Shown here: piece by piece, positions 39,746 through 53,589 of the stretch
Layout of the letters: each line of letters opens with the position of its first letter
How positions within the stretch are numbered: the stretch's first letter is position 1
Source of the DNA: Camelus dromedarius
Taxonomy: Eukaryota
NCBI RefSeq assembly: GCF_036321535.1
Contig: NC_087436.1
Coordinates: forward strand, 38,628,001 to 38,692,000
Length of the DNA stretch: 64,000 nt
Direction of reading: 5' to 3'
Program-made: the position numbers and the translations under genes
The notes under the pieces: model-generated
What the model was told of the DNA's origin: nothing
The model's database searches: none
The model's input: only the letters and a program-made list of their open reading frames with translations

Positions 39746-40215
39746 GTCAGAGTTATTCTTTGATTTTTTTATAAAATGCCAAGGTTTTACTCAGCTTTTA
39801 CAAAAAAAAGCTGTCTAAAACACTTTATGTTTATTTTTATATCAACAATTTCAGAATTTCAGGGATTGGTATCAAATTTAAAGTATATAGACCAATCAAA
39901 TCACATATTAGATTAGGCTTATCTGTAAATAATCTTATTTATTTTAAAGTTGACAATGATGTCTTTCAGAGATATATATTCACTTTACACTGACACACTG
40001 AGTTAGTGAGTCTTTTCACAAACTCCAGTCCTCTCCAGCTGTCTCTCCTCTATTTTGAGGATTTAGCTCTATTGATTGAACAATTTGACATCCTCAGAAT
40101 ACTTCTATCTTGTGAGTAACTTTATACGTGAATAAACAGCATTTACATTATTAGCCTCCTGGCATTATTCTGTGGAAGTAAGACCAAAAAAAAAAAAAAA
40201 TGTCAGAAGACAATA

Positions 40216-40428
40216 CAGTTGATCCTTGAGCAAGGGTTTGGGGCGCCAACACTTGTGCAGTTGAAAATCCATATATAACTTCATAGTCAGCCCTCTGTAT
40301 CTATGGTTTTACACCTGGATTCAATCAACCGAGGATTCAACCAACTGCAGATTTTGTAGTACAGTAGTACATAATTAGTGGGAAAAAATCTGGGTATAAG
40401 TGGACCCGCATTGTTTAAAGGTCAACTG
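40216..40428. mobile_element. Tigger2/MER8-like TcMar MITE
   Basis: TIRs cagttgatccttgagcaa and ttgtttaaaggtcaactg, flanked by a TA duplication. Confidence 0.85.
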
Positions 40429-43400
40429 TAGTCAAATCGATAGAAATTAGAGTAAATGTAAATGTAAAACGTAAAATTCCCTGAGAAGGAGACTGCTTCC
40501 CAGGCCCAACACTATGTGATGACAGCTGTGGTCAGAGGACTTCCTAGATTACTTCCTAGTAATCCAGATTGAGATCTGAAGAGACACTATAATATAGAGA
40601 CCGAGATATGAGCTCTTGTAAATTCCTAATGGACAATAATAGATACCAATACGTTTGCAAGTGAACCTACTAACATTCTTTCTAACTGAATTTTTATAGG
40701 AAAAATAAGGTTGTTTTATTCATTTTGGCTTCAGTTTCACATTTGGAGAAAGCACAATGCTGGTAAAGACATCTTCTCTTATTTTTCTGGTGAAAAATAG
40801 GCCCTGAGTCTCTGCATAGTAAATATTTAGCACCTTTGTAGCAGTGTTCTGTATAAACCAGATTATAAGAGTGTCTTCTATGTTTAAACGTGGAGAGGGT
40901 TCACAGTGGGGTGAGAGATCTTAAACTTTTCTTTTTTCCTGGGATTGGCTCTTGCTTAGTATCCCTCAGGAAATGAGCTGTTAAGGGATGTGCTGCCACA
41001 TCAAAATTCTGAAAGAAGATACCTTAAAACCAGCAAAGTAAACCTTCCTCTGGATAATTTAGCGGGCTGATTATAGCACATTTCATCACTGACCAACAGA
41101 ACAGAAATAACTACTACAGCTAACGCCTCATTCCAGAAGCATTTCTGACCAGTTTTCTCAGGCTTTAGTTTTGTGGTTTCATATTTAATCACTTCAGCAC
41201 TTCGCTGGTTAAACAACTCTGATATGAAATGTGAATCCCAGAAAGTGTTGTTTCATCCCAAACAGCTGGAAAATTGGTCATTCTCTTTTTCCTGCTACTT
41301 GTTATAGACTCAAAAGGATCATTCCAAATCCCCACTATTTATTCTGCTCAATAAATTGTCTTGTTCCATGGTTTCTCAGAAGCTTTAACCAGCCGTCCTA
41401 ATATCTGTAAATGTCTCATTTTAGATAACTGCTTTACACAAATGATCTAAGCTCAGAACCAAATTTATGGCAGCAGATTCAGACTTGAGCCCTCCAGAGC
41501 ACTGGTATCTATATCCCACATAACATGTAAGAACAGAGTTTCCCAGATCAGGCGGGGCAAGACCTCAAGATCAGTGAACTCTTCTCTCTTCTCTGATTCG
41601 CATCATCACCATTATTTACGATTTTTCTCTAAATTGGTTTCTTTTAAAATAAATCAAGTATCTTTGTAAAACTGTAGACATTATAATGCTATTAATTTTC
41701 TTTTATTTGTTAAAATCTTACTTCAATGACTTTAACTCTGAAAAATTATAAATGGCAAACAGCTTTTTCTTAGAGCATACAAAATACCAGAAATATTGCT
41801 GCTTTCTGTGCACCAGTGATGTTTATGAACTTGGTCAATGTATAACCATTTAAGAACCTATTAGGATAGAATATGAGCCGGTCAGTGTGAAGCTGGCTGT
41901 GTCCACCACTTTTTACCATCTGTGAGGGCAGTGGCCAAGTGCCAAGTATCACTGCTGAATTCTCCTGAGTGAATGGCTATTGACCAGAGGGGGACTGAAA
42001 TGCAAAGCTTCCCTGCCCATGTGCCCTTAATTCTAAATAATCTGAGGCCATGTTTTATAATACTAAAACCCCAGCATGTCCAGGTATCAGAAGGTCTAGC
42101 CCAGACAGAAGCCTAAACAAGTGACCCTCCAAGTGGGCCAAGCAAAACAAACCTTGTGTGTCACCTTTACATGAATCTGAGAGCTGAGGGTCTCAGAAAT
42201 CACTCTAGATCTAGCTTTCCCTAAAGTTCTAGGCTCCCTCATCTACAGATTCATTCTTAAACTGCTAGGAAGCTCCGGGTAGATGGCATATTTATGTGGG
42301 ACCACACACTTATATGATCATTCTCTGCATGTGTTTGGATTCCTCACTATGAAAAAGCCATCACAGGTTCTATTTATACAACTGATTCCAGGTCCAGTCC
42401 CTGGCCAGGTTCCAGGAATTTTGTTACACAAAGGAAGAAGCCCCTCACAGTCAGTCTTACCTTCTGATGCAGGCACATTAGTTCTAGATATCTCCACAGA
42501 CCTAAGCTACAGTAATTCCATAAGAACATTATATGATGCAGAGTTTTTCTTCACATTGGCAACAAAAGTTTGGATACTGAGAATAAGATTGGGTTTTTTT
42601 CCTCCTGTTGTAGTACATATTTCATTTATTAGTAATCTAAAAATCACAATATTAATATGTTTGTGCTGCTTGGTCAATGCCAATAAATTTGCACTGTCAA
42701 CATTTTTCGTCACTATTTATCCTTAATATTTGTCTTTGAATATGCCTTTGAACTAACAAAGAAGGATAATTCTTCCAGTTTTTTCATTTTCCTCTACATC
42801 TCCTTGTCCTTTGGGCTGCTGTTTTACAGAACACCAATTTACAAAAGAATGGTCTCTCAGAAGTGATGAAGTACAAGAATTTTAAACCCCTTAATTGCTG
42901 TTTCCTTCAAATCTTACAACACTGAATTTTAATCTAGTGTTCAGTACTCTAAAGTAACATTCTAAGAATGATTTTACCTAGTAATGACCCAAAATTTCAA
43001 GTTGAGAGTCAGTCACAAGAAGACATACAATTTCCACACAATTTAGGTTTTGCTTTGTTTTGCATTCAGGCACCTGGAGAACACTAGAGCAATGTTTCCC
43101 ATTTTCAGGTAACTTCAGTTTCCACTGTGCAACATATAACCAATTCAAACAGGATATTTAGCATTCTTTTCATTACTTACTAGACTTTCATTTAATGAGA
43201 TGTTATGTATATGAATACGTTAGCTAATGTCTCATTTTCCCCAAATTCATGATGTTATACTTTCAAGTTACAGGCTAAAATTAAGAAAAAAAAATTCACA
43301 AATATTGTTTATGTTTGCTTTCACCTGACTAATGGCAGTTGTATAACATGGCCCTGGCCAACGCTTGGCGAAGCCTGCCAAGTACAGACAGACCAAATGT

Positions 43401-44149
43401 CACTAAAGATAAGCAAGTCACAATGCATGGTTTATGGTGGCACCAGAAACCTGCATAAAATAATCCCTCAAAATAAAAGAAATTCACTTAAAGGAAATGC
43501 AGCTTATTTTAATAAATTTTCCTTTGGTAACTAATATCTTCTTTTGAAATTCCAGAAATATCCTGCTGGATATTCATTATTGTTTAGGCAGCTTCTCATA
43601 TGAGGGCCATAAATCACAAGGAAACACAGACTTGGTCTCCTTTGCCCCATACAAAGGCAACAGAGACCTTTGATAAATACTTTGCTTTCAAATTAATGCT
43701 AAGTGTTGCTACATTAAGGTTATAATAAATTAAAACTATTTTTAAGAAATAATAGATTTTAAGTAATCAGGCTTTAGTTCAATAAGCTGAGATGTAAAAG
43801 TGTGGCTGTATCTACAGTAACATGGGTGAATTTAACCCAAAAGAGTTACAACTTCATGAAGATATATGAGATTGCATCAAAGCATTTTGGCAGAATATTT
43901 TCTGCCACTTTTATGTGGTTTGTTTTAAAACATTCTAAGTTTGGAATTTTAAAAAATATTTTAATGTCTCCTGTAATATAACTGTTTAAATAGCATTAGC
44001 ATTAATAATTAGTCAAACAGCATTTGTACTTACTAAACTCTTTCCAACGTTACGGTTATGGATTGAAATTATTGCTTTAATCACTTGAGTTGAGACAGCT
44101 CTACTTTCAGCACTTGAGGCAAAGGAGCAAGAATGGTGATGCAACAGAG

Positions 44150-45074
44150 AGTGCACTGACTTCAGCATTAACATGTGACTGATTTTAATTGACAAGTCTC
44201 TCTTTTCAGTCATCACTGTTCCCATCCCACTATCTCTGTCTAGTTTCAACCTTCATTATTTCTAACATGGCCAGCAACAATTGCCTCCTCTCTAGGCTCT
44301 GGGTCTCCAACCTTCCTCTTCCCCAATCTACACACTTCTCTTCAGGAATCTGGACATTTGACGCCTTTTCTTAAAGCTTTGGCAATGATTCAATCACCTA
44401 TAGTCCTTAAAGCTGAAACTCTATTAAGTAAATCCCTTTTCAATTAGGTAAACCAAGTGATAAACCAATTTCTTCACAATTCATCTTTAACCTATTTCTT
44501 TAGCCTTATCTTTAACCATCCGTTATGCACTCCCAAATATCCTGAACTGTAATTTTTATCACAATGGCTAAAACACAAACTGATGATCAGACTGTCTTGG
44601 TTCTAATCCCAGTAGTACCACCGTCTAGATGTGTGAACTAGAAACAAAGTACTTAATTTCTCAAATTTTCAGTTTTGCCATCTGCAAAATGGGTATCAAA
44701 GGACTGTTGTTAATATTAAATGACACATACTAATGTTCACGAAAGAGTGGTTAGTATTAATCACAGTAAATAAACACTTTATTCACTCTTCTACACCTTT
44801 ACACAAAGCTATTTGCTTGATGAGTCCCTCCCACCTGGCAACCTATTCTCAATGAATTTCTATCTGTCCCTCAAGGCCTGGCTCAAATGGCAATACCCTT
44901 TGAAAGCCTCCCCCTACCATTTCACTTAGAAAAAGGCAGTTGCCCCCACTGCAGTAATCTTAGAGAATTTTGTGCATATTACACTATTACAACATGCGTC
45001 TTCCAAGATCTACATGCACCTTTCCCCTATACTGTAAGATCTACATGGGAAACAATAATATCTCTGCATCCTTG
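44150..45074 (+). mobile_element. Degenerate L2 with a MIR insertion (about 44570-44760)
   Basis: L2 text (catcccactatctctgtctagtttcaacc, ccctcaaggcctggctcaaatg, tactgtaagatc) and MIR text (cagttttgccatctgcaaaatggg). Confidence 0.55.
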
Positions 45075-45523
45075 TATTATGGGTTGATATGTGTCCTCCC
45101 AAAAAGATATACTGAAGTCCTAACACCCAGTACCTCAAAATGTGACCTTATTTGGAAATAGGGTTGTTATAGGTATAATCAGTTAAGATGAGATCATACT
45201 GGAGTAGGGTTGGCCCCAATCCAATGTGACCAGTGTCCTTAGTAGAAGACAGCAACGTGAAGACGCAAAGAGAGAAAAAACCATGTGAAGGTGGAAGCAG
45301 AGATTGGAATGACACAACTACAAGCTAAGGAATACCAAGGATTGCTGGCCTTCACCAGAAGTTAAGAAGAGGCAAGGAAATGTTCTTCCTAGGGGCCTCA
45401 GACCTCTAGCCAACAACTTGACTTCACACTTTCAGCCTCCAGAACTATAATACAATAAATGTCTATTGTTTTAAGCCACTTAGTTTGTGGTACTTGTTAG
45501 AACAGGCCTAGGAAACTAACACA
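45075..45523 (+). mobile_element. MaLR solo LTR (MLT1B/C-like)
   Basis: Runs tatgggttgatatgtgtcctcccaaaagatat...gtgaccttatttggaaataggg...ttaagccacttagtttgtggtac...aaactaacaca. Confidence 0.85.
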
Positions 45524-46654
45524 TATTCCCAGATTCAGGGAAAAAAATTCCAAAATATTTGAGTTGAAGAAGCAAATGGTGTTAAGAATTTCACTTAATC
45601 AATTTGGACTTATACAGAAAAATAGGGGTTTATATAGATGGCTATACTAGATCAGCAAAAGTTCTGGCTCTAAGAATCTATAATTCTGTATGATTTCATA
45701 TTTTAATATCATATTTCAACTTCCTTCTCCACCTAAAAATTTAAGATGATAGATTCTTAAGCCTTAGAAAACTTTGCTGTATTCCTCCTTGCCCTATAAC
45801 CTACATTGATTTTTCATAAAATAGAAATTATTATTAACCATCAAGGCAGTGATGTCAAGTTTTTCAACATGATTTAAAAAATGACACAATTGTTCATTTT
45901 CATATGTTATCTGTAGTCTAAGGATATTGGGCCTGAGACCCTAGAAAGGTTTTCTCAAAGCATTTTTATTTACAGCATATTTGCTCTTAATGGTCTATTA
46001 ATCTATTAAAATGTAGTTATGGTGATATGTGCCTTACACTTAGAAATATTGATTTACATAGAAATGGCAGTGGAAAGACAGATAAAGCTAATCTTATACC
46101 CTAGGCCAGAATCAAGGTCTACTCTCTACTTTAGAAACTGCAGCTAAGAAAGAGGGAAAAAATCTAGAAGAATTTGGAAAGAGAAATGTAATCTCAGTCA
46201 TTGTGGTTACCAAGGACATTCATTGTATAATTGAAAATTCCAAAGTATACAAGGAAGGCAGAATGGCATACTATTTGGTGCCTAAAATAACACATTATTA
46301 TAAAGTAAAGCAATTTCGTTCTTGGAGTACAGAAAATCCAAGACTATGAAAGTGTGCTTTCTGAATCTCTCTGAGCCTTAACTTCAAGAATGTGTATGAA
46401 GGTGCTAAATCTGTCATAAAATAGAAAGCTCTGCCCTCCCTGAACCAAACATCCAGTTTTCTGACACCTATATTTACTGTTAGCTCTAAATAGATATCTC
46501 ATTTTTATAGTTCAGGTTTGTGAGCAGAAGACCCCCACAATGAAGGAAGCCAGTATGGTCACTGTCCAAATCTTTGGCTTGTAAAACTTCTGTGAGTGTA
46601 CATGTTCTGTTCAGTGATCCAATAATCCAACAGTCATACAATAATCATGGGCTA

Positions 46655-46860
46655 TGTTTTTATCCCAGGCCCACCACTGGTTTGCTATGGCAGCTTTAGG
46701 AAAGTTATTTTTCCTCTGAAGCTCAGTTTCTTCATTTGTAAGCCAGGATAAAGACAGTATCTGCTTCCTGGGATTTGTTGTGAGGATTAAGTTAGATAAG
46801 GCTCAGAGTGCTTAATATAGAGCCTGGCATAGAATAATCACCCAATAAAAGTTAGTTGTT
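46655..46860 (+). mobile_element. MIR SINE
   Basis: Contains ctcagtttcttcatttgtaa...gttgtgaggattaagttagataa...gcctggcatag...aataaaagttag. Confidence 0.75.
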
Positions 46861-46958
46861 ATCTTCATCATTATTGGAGTGGGTAATAGAACTAGTAAGC
46901 AAGTTAAGGGTACAAACATGCCTATTCTGAACGGTTACCCAATACTAATATTCTAGGC

Positions 46959-47640
46959 CAGTGACTGGCAAACTAAGCCTGTGGGCTAAATGCAGTCCAG
47001 GGCCTGCTTCTGTAAATAATCATTTATTAGAACACAGTCACTCCTGTTCTTTTATATCTAGTCTATGTCTACTTTCCCCTGAAGATTGAGTAGCTGTAAA
47101 ATACTGCATAGCCTACAGATCCTAAAATAGTTATTATTTGGCCCTTTAAAGAATAAATTTGCAGATCCAGCAACAGGCCCTTGCTACTTCAGGTGTGGCC
47201 CTCAGCTTGTTACAAATGCAGACACTCAGCCTTCCCAGATCTACTGAACTATAATCTGCACATGTTTACAAGGCCCCCAGGTGATTCATATGCAATGCAC
47301 ATTAAAGGTTGAGATGCACTGGTCTAGGCCAGGGGTTAGGAAACTTTCACAAAGGGCCCAATAGTAAATATGCTAACCTTTGTGGCCATACATCTCTGTT
47401 CCACCTGTTCAACTTTGCCTTTCTAATTTGAGTGCAGCCATAAATAATACAGAAATAAATGGGCACAATTCTATACCAATAAAACTATTTATGGAAACTG
47501 AAATTTTAATTTCACATAATTTTCTTATGTCACAAGATATCCTTGTAATTTTTTTCAAACATTTAAAACCTTAGCTCATGGACCATAGAAAAATAGGCAG
47601 CATGCTAGATCTGGCCAACCAGTCACATTCTGCAGTCTTG
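46959..47640. mobile_element. Three adjacent hAT MITEs: MER58A-like (46959-47170), MER5-like (47179-47321) and MER58B-like (47330-47640)
   Basis: Characteristic termini are separated by 8-bp spacers. A perfect TSD gtctaggc flanks the third element. Confidence 0.8.
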
Positions 47641-47940
47641 GTCTAGGCTACTGGCATCATTGCTTAGCCAATACTTTGCCCCTCCCTACTAACTCTCCCC
47701 AAGACTCTAAATACCTATTTATATCTCTCTAGCACGTATAACTTTAAAGTAGTTACCCCTTACTTATCTAACTTATCCTAAAATACATTTCTGTTCCTCC
47801 TATACAATTTCTAACTTGTAATACAAAGTTTCTGTCAAATCACGTGATGGTGTACTACATCATCTTTCATAAGCAGAATAGAACGTAGCACAGAGAAGCT
47901 GAAGTAGGTAAATATACAGATCTATGTACCTATCAATAGG

Positions 47941-47941
<1 letters not shown>

Positions 47942-47988
<47 letters not shown>

Positions 47989-48011
47989 TATATGCACACA
48001 CACACACACAC
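47942..48011. repeat. (TA)n and (CA)n microsatellite
   Basis: About 20 TA units followed by a CA run. Confidence 0.95.
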
Positions 48012-48623
48012 CTGCCTCTGAAGGACTGAGAAAGTGATCACAATGAAGAACTCTTTGGCCCTAAATCTGAGCCAACCATGTTAAACATTTCTAAATATGC
48101 AGTCAGGGTTCAAGTCTTTTTATTTGATATGCAAACCTTGTGCTAAACTGAGATTTTAAACAAATCAGTTTCATAAAAGAACTTAGTTCATAGAAGCCTT
48201 TAATTAATGTTCAAATTCTATTGAAGCTGAGTTCAATAGAGATCTGTCACTAATGACTGATAGGTAAAAGGGCTTGGTTGAATTAACATTAATAATTTAG
48301 GTTTAGCAATTTAAGAAACATGAAAGTACTTCAAGTTCATCAGAAGCACAATCTACACATACTATTTAAGCAATCTTAGAGGAAACATTTACATATAAAA
48401 TTTTTAACCTGAATGAATTTGTTAGAATAGGTTCTGACTCCTGGTCTAGGCTACTTCCACATATTTATAAATACTTTTATTTTTACCTTTTTGATTTTAT
48501 TTTATCTTTCTATCATCATTCAGTTTCTCTCTCCTTTCTAGGATAATTTGTTTTGTGGGCCAGACTAAGATAAAGACCTTTCTACTTAACTATAAATCAT
48601 GCACTAATGAAGTATTTCTCCAG

Positions 48624-49085
48624 TGTATTAGTCACAAAGATTTCCTCCACAAGAAACAGAAAATCTCAGCCTAACTAGCTGAAGTCTTACGAAATTTATT
48701 ATTTCATATTAAGAAATTCTGAGTTGAGGCAGCTTCAGGGTTGCTCAATTCAATGCCCTAACATCATCAAGGACTAACAATCCTTCCCATCTTTCCATAC
48801 TGCACTCTTCAGGATGTAGGCTTGCCCTTAGGCTAACTACCTTATATCATAACCAGACAGGGTAACATCCAGTAAAAATAAGGTCTTTCGTGTGTCTCTT
48901 TTTAATTGTGGCAAAAATTTTCCCTAAGTTCCCCAGAAGATTTCACTTCTTGCACTGACTGACCAGAAATGCATCATGCCTATTACTAAAATGTTAACAG
49001 CCAAGAAAATGGGATTATCATAATTGGATTAGGAAAACATATGGCCATGTGAAAAAAGTTAAATTACCTGAATAAAAATCCGTAT
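48624..49085 (-). mobile_element. Old MaLR LTR (MLT1-type)
   Basis: Contains tgtattagtca...aagaaacagaaaatc, catcatcaaggac and ccccagaagatttcac...ccagaaatgcatcatgcc. Confidence 0.5.
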
Positions 49086-52000
49086 TAGAAATGAGGAAGG
49101 AGGAGGGGTGCAGGAATTATTATTGAGTAGTCAAACAATGCTCAATAATATAACCAGAATTAGTATTTAGTAAGTTGGGCATCCTATTATTATAGATGAA
49201 GCTAAACTGCGGGTAGTTAATTAATTTTTAGGAAACAGGTACTATTAGGAGATTCTGACTGTGACTACACAACCTGAATATTGGAGTAATACAGATCTAA
49301 AGCAGCTAAAATGTAATTACAGAATTAATGGCACATACCACAATCTGAGAATAGCTACAGAGTTTGGCAAAACCTAACCCTAACACTGTTCAGTAGACCA
49401 ATGTCCATGATTCAGGCAGTTGATATTTAGAACCTCCTTTCTGGCTCCAGCCAACTTTCTCCATGATATGATCAATCCAATTAACATAATTACTGACCAG
49501 TTAGAATCTGCATTCTTTTTAGACCCCATTTCATCCAGCTCAATCAAATGCTTGTCATTTTATTAACATTCCACTGGCTCCTGCATTCCTCTCATATTTT
49601 TGTTGGTTCTCAATCATAACTGTACAGTCATTCTAATTTTCACTATTTGCACTTGTCAGTAGACACCAACACTTGCTTTTACAGTGTTATTGGGGAAATT
49701 AGGGAGTGGTAGGGACTGTGGAAAAAATGGAGAGCATGTGTTCCACTTAGAGGACCAGCTGCTTCTCAGTTTAGCTGGCTTCGTTGATGCTAGTGAAAAT
49801 GCAGGCTCAATATGGTGAGATTTTCCAATTTTTCAAGAGAAATTGAGAATCTAGATGTTTACGTATTTGCCAGTGTTGGCAATTAATTATTGGGTACATA
49901 TTATACAACGGTATTCATTTTGTGAAAATTCCTTGAGCTGTACATTTTGATTTGTATTATTCTGTATTGAAGTATAATATGAACCTGAAAACAAAGTTTA
50001 CTTTAAAATAAGCAGAAACAAAAAGCCAAAATAAAGCAAAGCTAAGTTAATAAGTAAAAATGGAAACATTCCAATGTGATCTATAGGCTATCAGTTCATG
50101 ACTACTGGGGGAGCTGTTTCTTACAGCTTCATTTCAGGGTGCTGCAGGTGGAAGAAAAGAAGGCTTGGTCATTCAGTGGCTGATGGGTGACAGAAGACTG
50201 AGACAAAGAGAAGTTGGTGCATTCTCTTCCTTCTGTTTCTCACGGTCCACCCTTACTGTCTACCAGCAGCAGGAAGTAGAGAAAGCATGGTGAGGACAGA
50301 GTACTGTTTCTGAGACCCAGCTGGTGAAGGGGTAGCTATGTAGACAATTACTACTTATTTTTCCCAACAGTTTCCTCAAGCTAGGAAACAAAAACCTATT
50401 CTAAATATAACCTATTGTAAAACTACCATTTCCAAATATAACATAGAAAGCTCTCAAACAAATTTCCTCTTGTAATTTGAAAGTCTAATTTAGAAACTAA
50501 TTGATATTTGTTAATATATATCAGGACCTGATGTGTTTCAGAGATTTACCTTACCTTCCTGTTATGTTTTGGCTTTTTTTAAATAGGAATATAGTTATAT
50601 GTTGACTAATTTAGCATGGTTTTATCTCTTAGTGGACTTCGCAAGTATTAATGACCTACTTATTTTAAGAATTTTGCTGCTAAAAATGTGACAAAGTTAT
50701 TCTTTCTTTTTCTCATGAATATTTTGAAAACACATTTAAATATTTCAACCTATAAGAATCTGCTTATTTCCTCTGCAGAACACTGAAGGAAAAAAGTCAC
50801 TACTTGAAAAAAGATTAAAGTATTTAAAGATGATCCGATATCTAGAAATAAAATAATACACTCCCTAAAGAAATTGTGAGAAATCAAAACATAGATATAA
50901 TTACAAATGAACAAGTCAGAAATGTAGTATAAGAGAACAGGAACGAAAGTGATGCTATTAAAGTAAGTGTATTAGAATAAGCAAAATGATACCAGATTAA
51001 TTCTATTGTTTTTTTTTTAACATAGTACAGAAGAAAAAATAAGATAATAATTGGTGGTAATAAATTTTGCCCTTCTATCAACTTAAGGGTGAACTGTAGC
51101 TTGAGAATTTTCTAAAGGTTTAGCAAATAATTATTTCCCTTTAAATCCAAAGTTTTTTCCTAATAGTTTTTTAAAGAACTATCTGATCCTTGACAGTATC
51201 CAGTCTCAGTTTATGAATAAGACCAAAACAGTTTATGAGGGATGGAGTCTTTTATATATAGACCTCTGCGTGTACATGCATAAACTGTTTATAAAGGAAA
51301 CGTACTCAGAATAAGGATAAAATTACTGATTGGATTCTTAAATGTATAACTACTGCCTGAAAGCCTTGGGAAAACTTGCTTAGAACCTGCCAGGATTCCA
51401 AGAAATCAACCAGGAAGTCTAAGAGAAAATGTGGGGAATTTTTAATTAAAAGTTCACTATCTAATCTAAGGTGATTTGAGGGCTTCTATAGATGTTTATG
51501 AGACTTTATCACCTACCATCAAGGTTCATAAAACCCATCATTTACATACGCAACAACCATATGAGTCAAACTCTAAACTTTCAAGTTACCGTTTGGCTTA
51601 AAACCATCAATTACTCATCGTGATTTAGTACATCGCTCTGGATTCTCCCTGGATGGGATAGACTAGATATTGGGAAAGTATCTATTGACCTTTATCCTTT
51701 CTAAAAGGCACTTAACAGCACTTCCTATTTCAGACAGGTAAGATGTTGGTGTATGTATATCTTCATTTATATAAAATATTGAGGCCTTGGAATCTGAAAT
51801 ATCATTTTGGTCTTTCAAAAATGAAGGGAGAGTGGGGCAAAACTCCATATGTGTGTGTTAATTTGTTACTTTTGCTACTTTGACTTTTGAAAGGTCAGAT
51901 CCTATTGGAGATCAGATCCTATCTTACCTAGCTTACTTCTTGAAGGCCCTTCCAATCCTGTGAGTCCATGATTCCATGAATACTAGCACAGACCCTGACC

Positions 52001-53589
52001 ACAGCAAATTCAAATTATCCCATATTAAAATGCCCTTCAGATAAATAGTGACTCTTGCAGTCTATATGACTTCTCCTCAAAAACAAAATGCAGGGTATGA
52101 AATTTTCCAAGATCTCATTCTAAGATTTGCTGTCTACTATTACTACTAACCAAGGTTCCACATACCTTTACTCAAATCTTTCTTCTTAGATTGAGGAAAA
52201 GGTGAAACTTCCCATTCACCAATATCAACCGCTGTCATGCCGCTATAGATGAGCAGCCTCGTGTGTTCACAAAGCACCTTACAGATCCCAACATTCTTAA
52301 GTCCTCCTTGTTATTCTGCCTCAGACTCTCCTGTCCACAGAGGTCACCCAAAAACAAATTCACTTATCAACATTTAGTTTGTTGGTCTAAGCTAAGACAT
52401 TTTGTGGTTTATAGAGAGAATTTTTCCAACACTGTAAGCCATTCATGCGGAGTTCTAGAAGAGAGAAAACAAAATCTGTATTATTTTTGATTCTAAATAT
52501 CAACATGTGGTAGAGAAAAATAATTATAATAAATATTTGCATTGTGAAACACAAATCAACATATACTCTTACTTCATGTGTATTTCTGAAATTATTTCCA
52601 TTCTATCTAATTCTGGTACTTTAAGCTCAGTGGACGGGGGAAAAGCACAAATATGAAGTCATCACTAAAGCAATAAGAACATACCCCTACTTGTTTGCTG
52701 ATAAGATTTCTAACAGATAAGAATGGAAAGCATAACAGGAAATAATAGTTTATTGATAAACAGCTTACTTATTTATGGACCAAGCCAGAGTTAGTCCACA
52801 TAAGTCCTAGTTTGGCCAAATTCATTGTTAAAATATCCCCTTATCTTCCCTAGCTTACAATTACTTCTCAATTGCACTCTGCCTTAGTGACACTTTCTTT
52901 GTTCTCTAGCTCAATATGGTATGTAAGTAACAGTGAGCTGAACCAGGGCTGCAGGCTCCTAATGACCCAGGTACTTTTCTCATTGGCTTGGCCAGGTATG
53001 GCTTATGTTCCCTCTGTGATCCTCCTAGTTCCTGAGAGTGAGCCTGTCACTTCAACTACCCCCCACCCTCACCCAACCAAGTCATCTTTCAAGTCCTGAA
53101 ACTCCTCTGATTGCTGCTCTTTTAAATGACCTCTGGGCCCCAGTAATTTTTATCCTCCTGGTCTCTATGAATTTTCTTTGTATTTAACCATACCAATCTG
53201 ACTTCCTCACCCCACGCCCCTTTCCCACCTCATGAGTGACTTCAAAGATGTAAGGGAAAGGCCTGAAGACGACAGAACTCCAACAGAGTGACAGCACCCC
53301 CGTCCCTGTGGCTGTCTAGGGGCGCAGAAAGTGAGAATGAAGTAGAATGCATAGTTGGTAAAGTTGAGCAGTAATGGCCAACTTGTGTTTTGCCATAAAT
53401 TCAGTTTTTCCTTCTATTCTCCTAAACACCATTAACATTTTCTTTAAAACTTACTCCTAAAAATTATGTACAATTTATCTCAATTCATTCTTATAGCTTT
53501 AACTTTTCAGTCTTTTGCATTTACAATCCCCTATCCTTGTACCCTTAACCACCTTCCCTAGAAGATTCCATCACCAGTTTTATTACGAT

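Noticed and set aside
51598..51630. Kinase-like KPSITHRDL peptide
   Set aside because: It is flanked by stops and no other kinase motifs follow, so it is probably chance.
51894..51922. Short tandem duplications (also about 20614, 20047, 26342 and 28525)
   Set aside because: These are ordinary two-copy slippage duplications with no repeat-spacer array structure.
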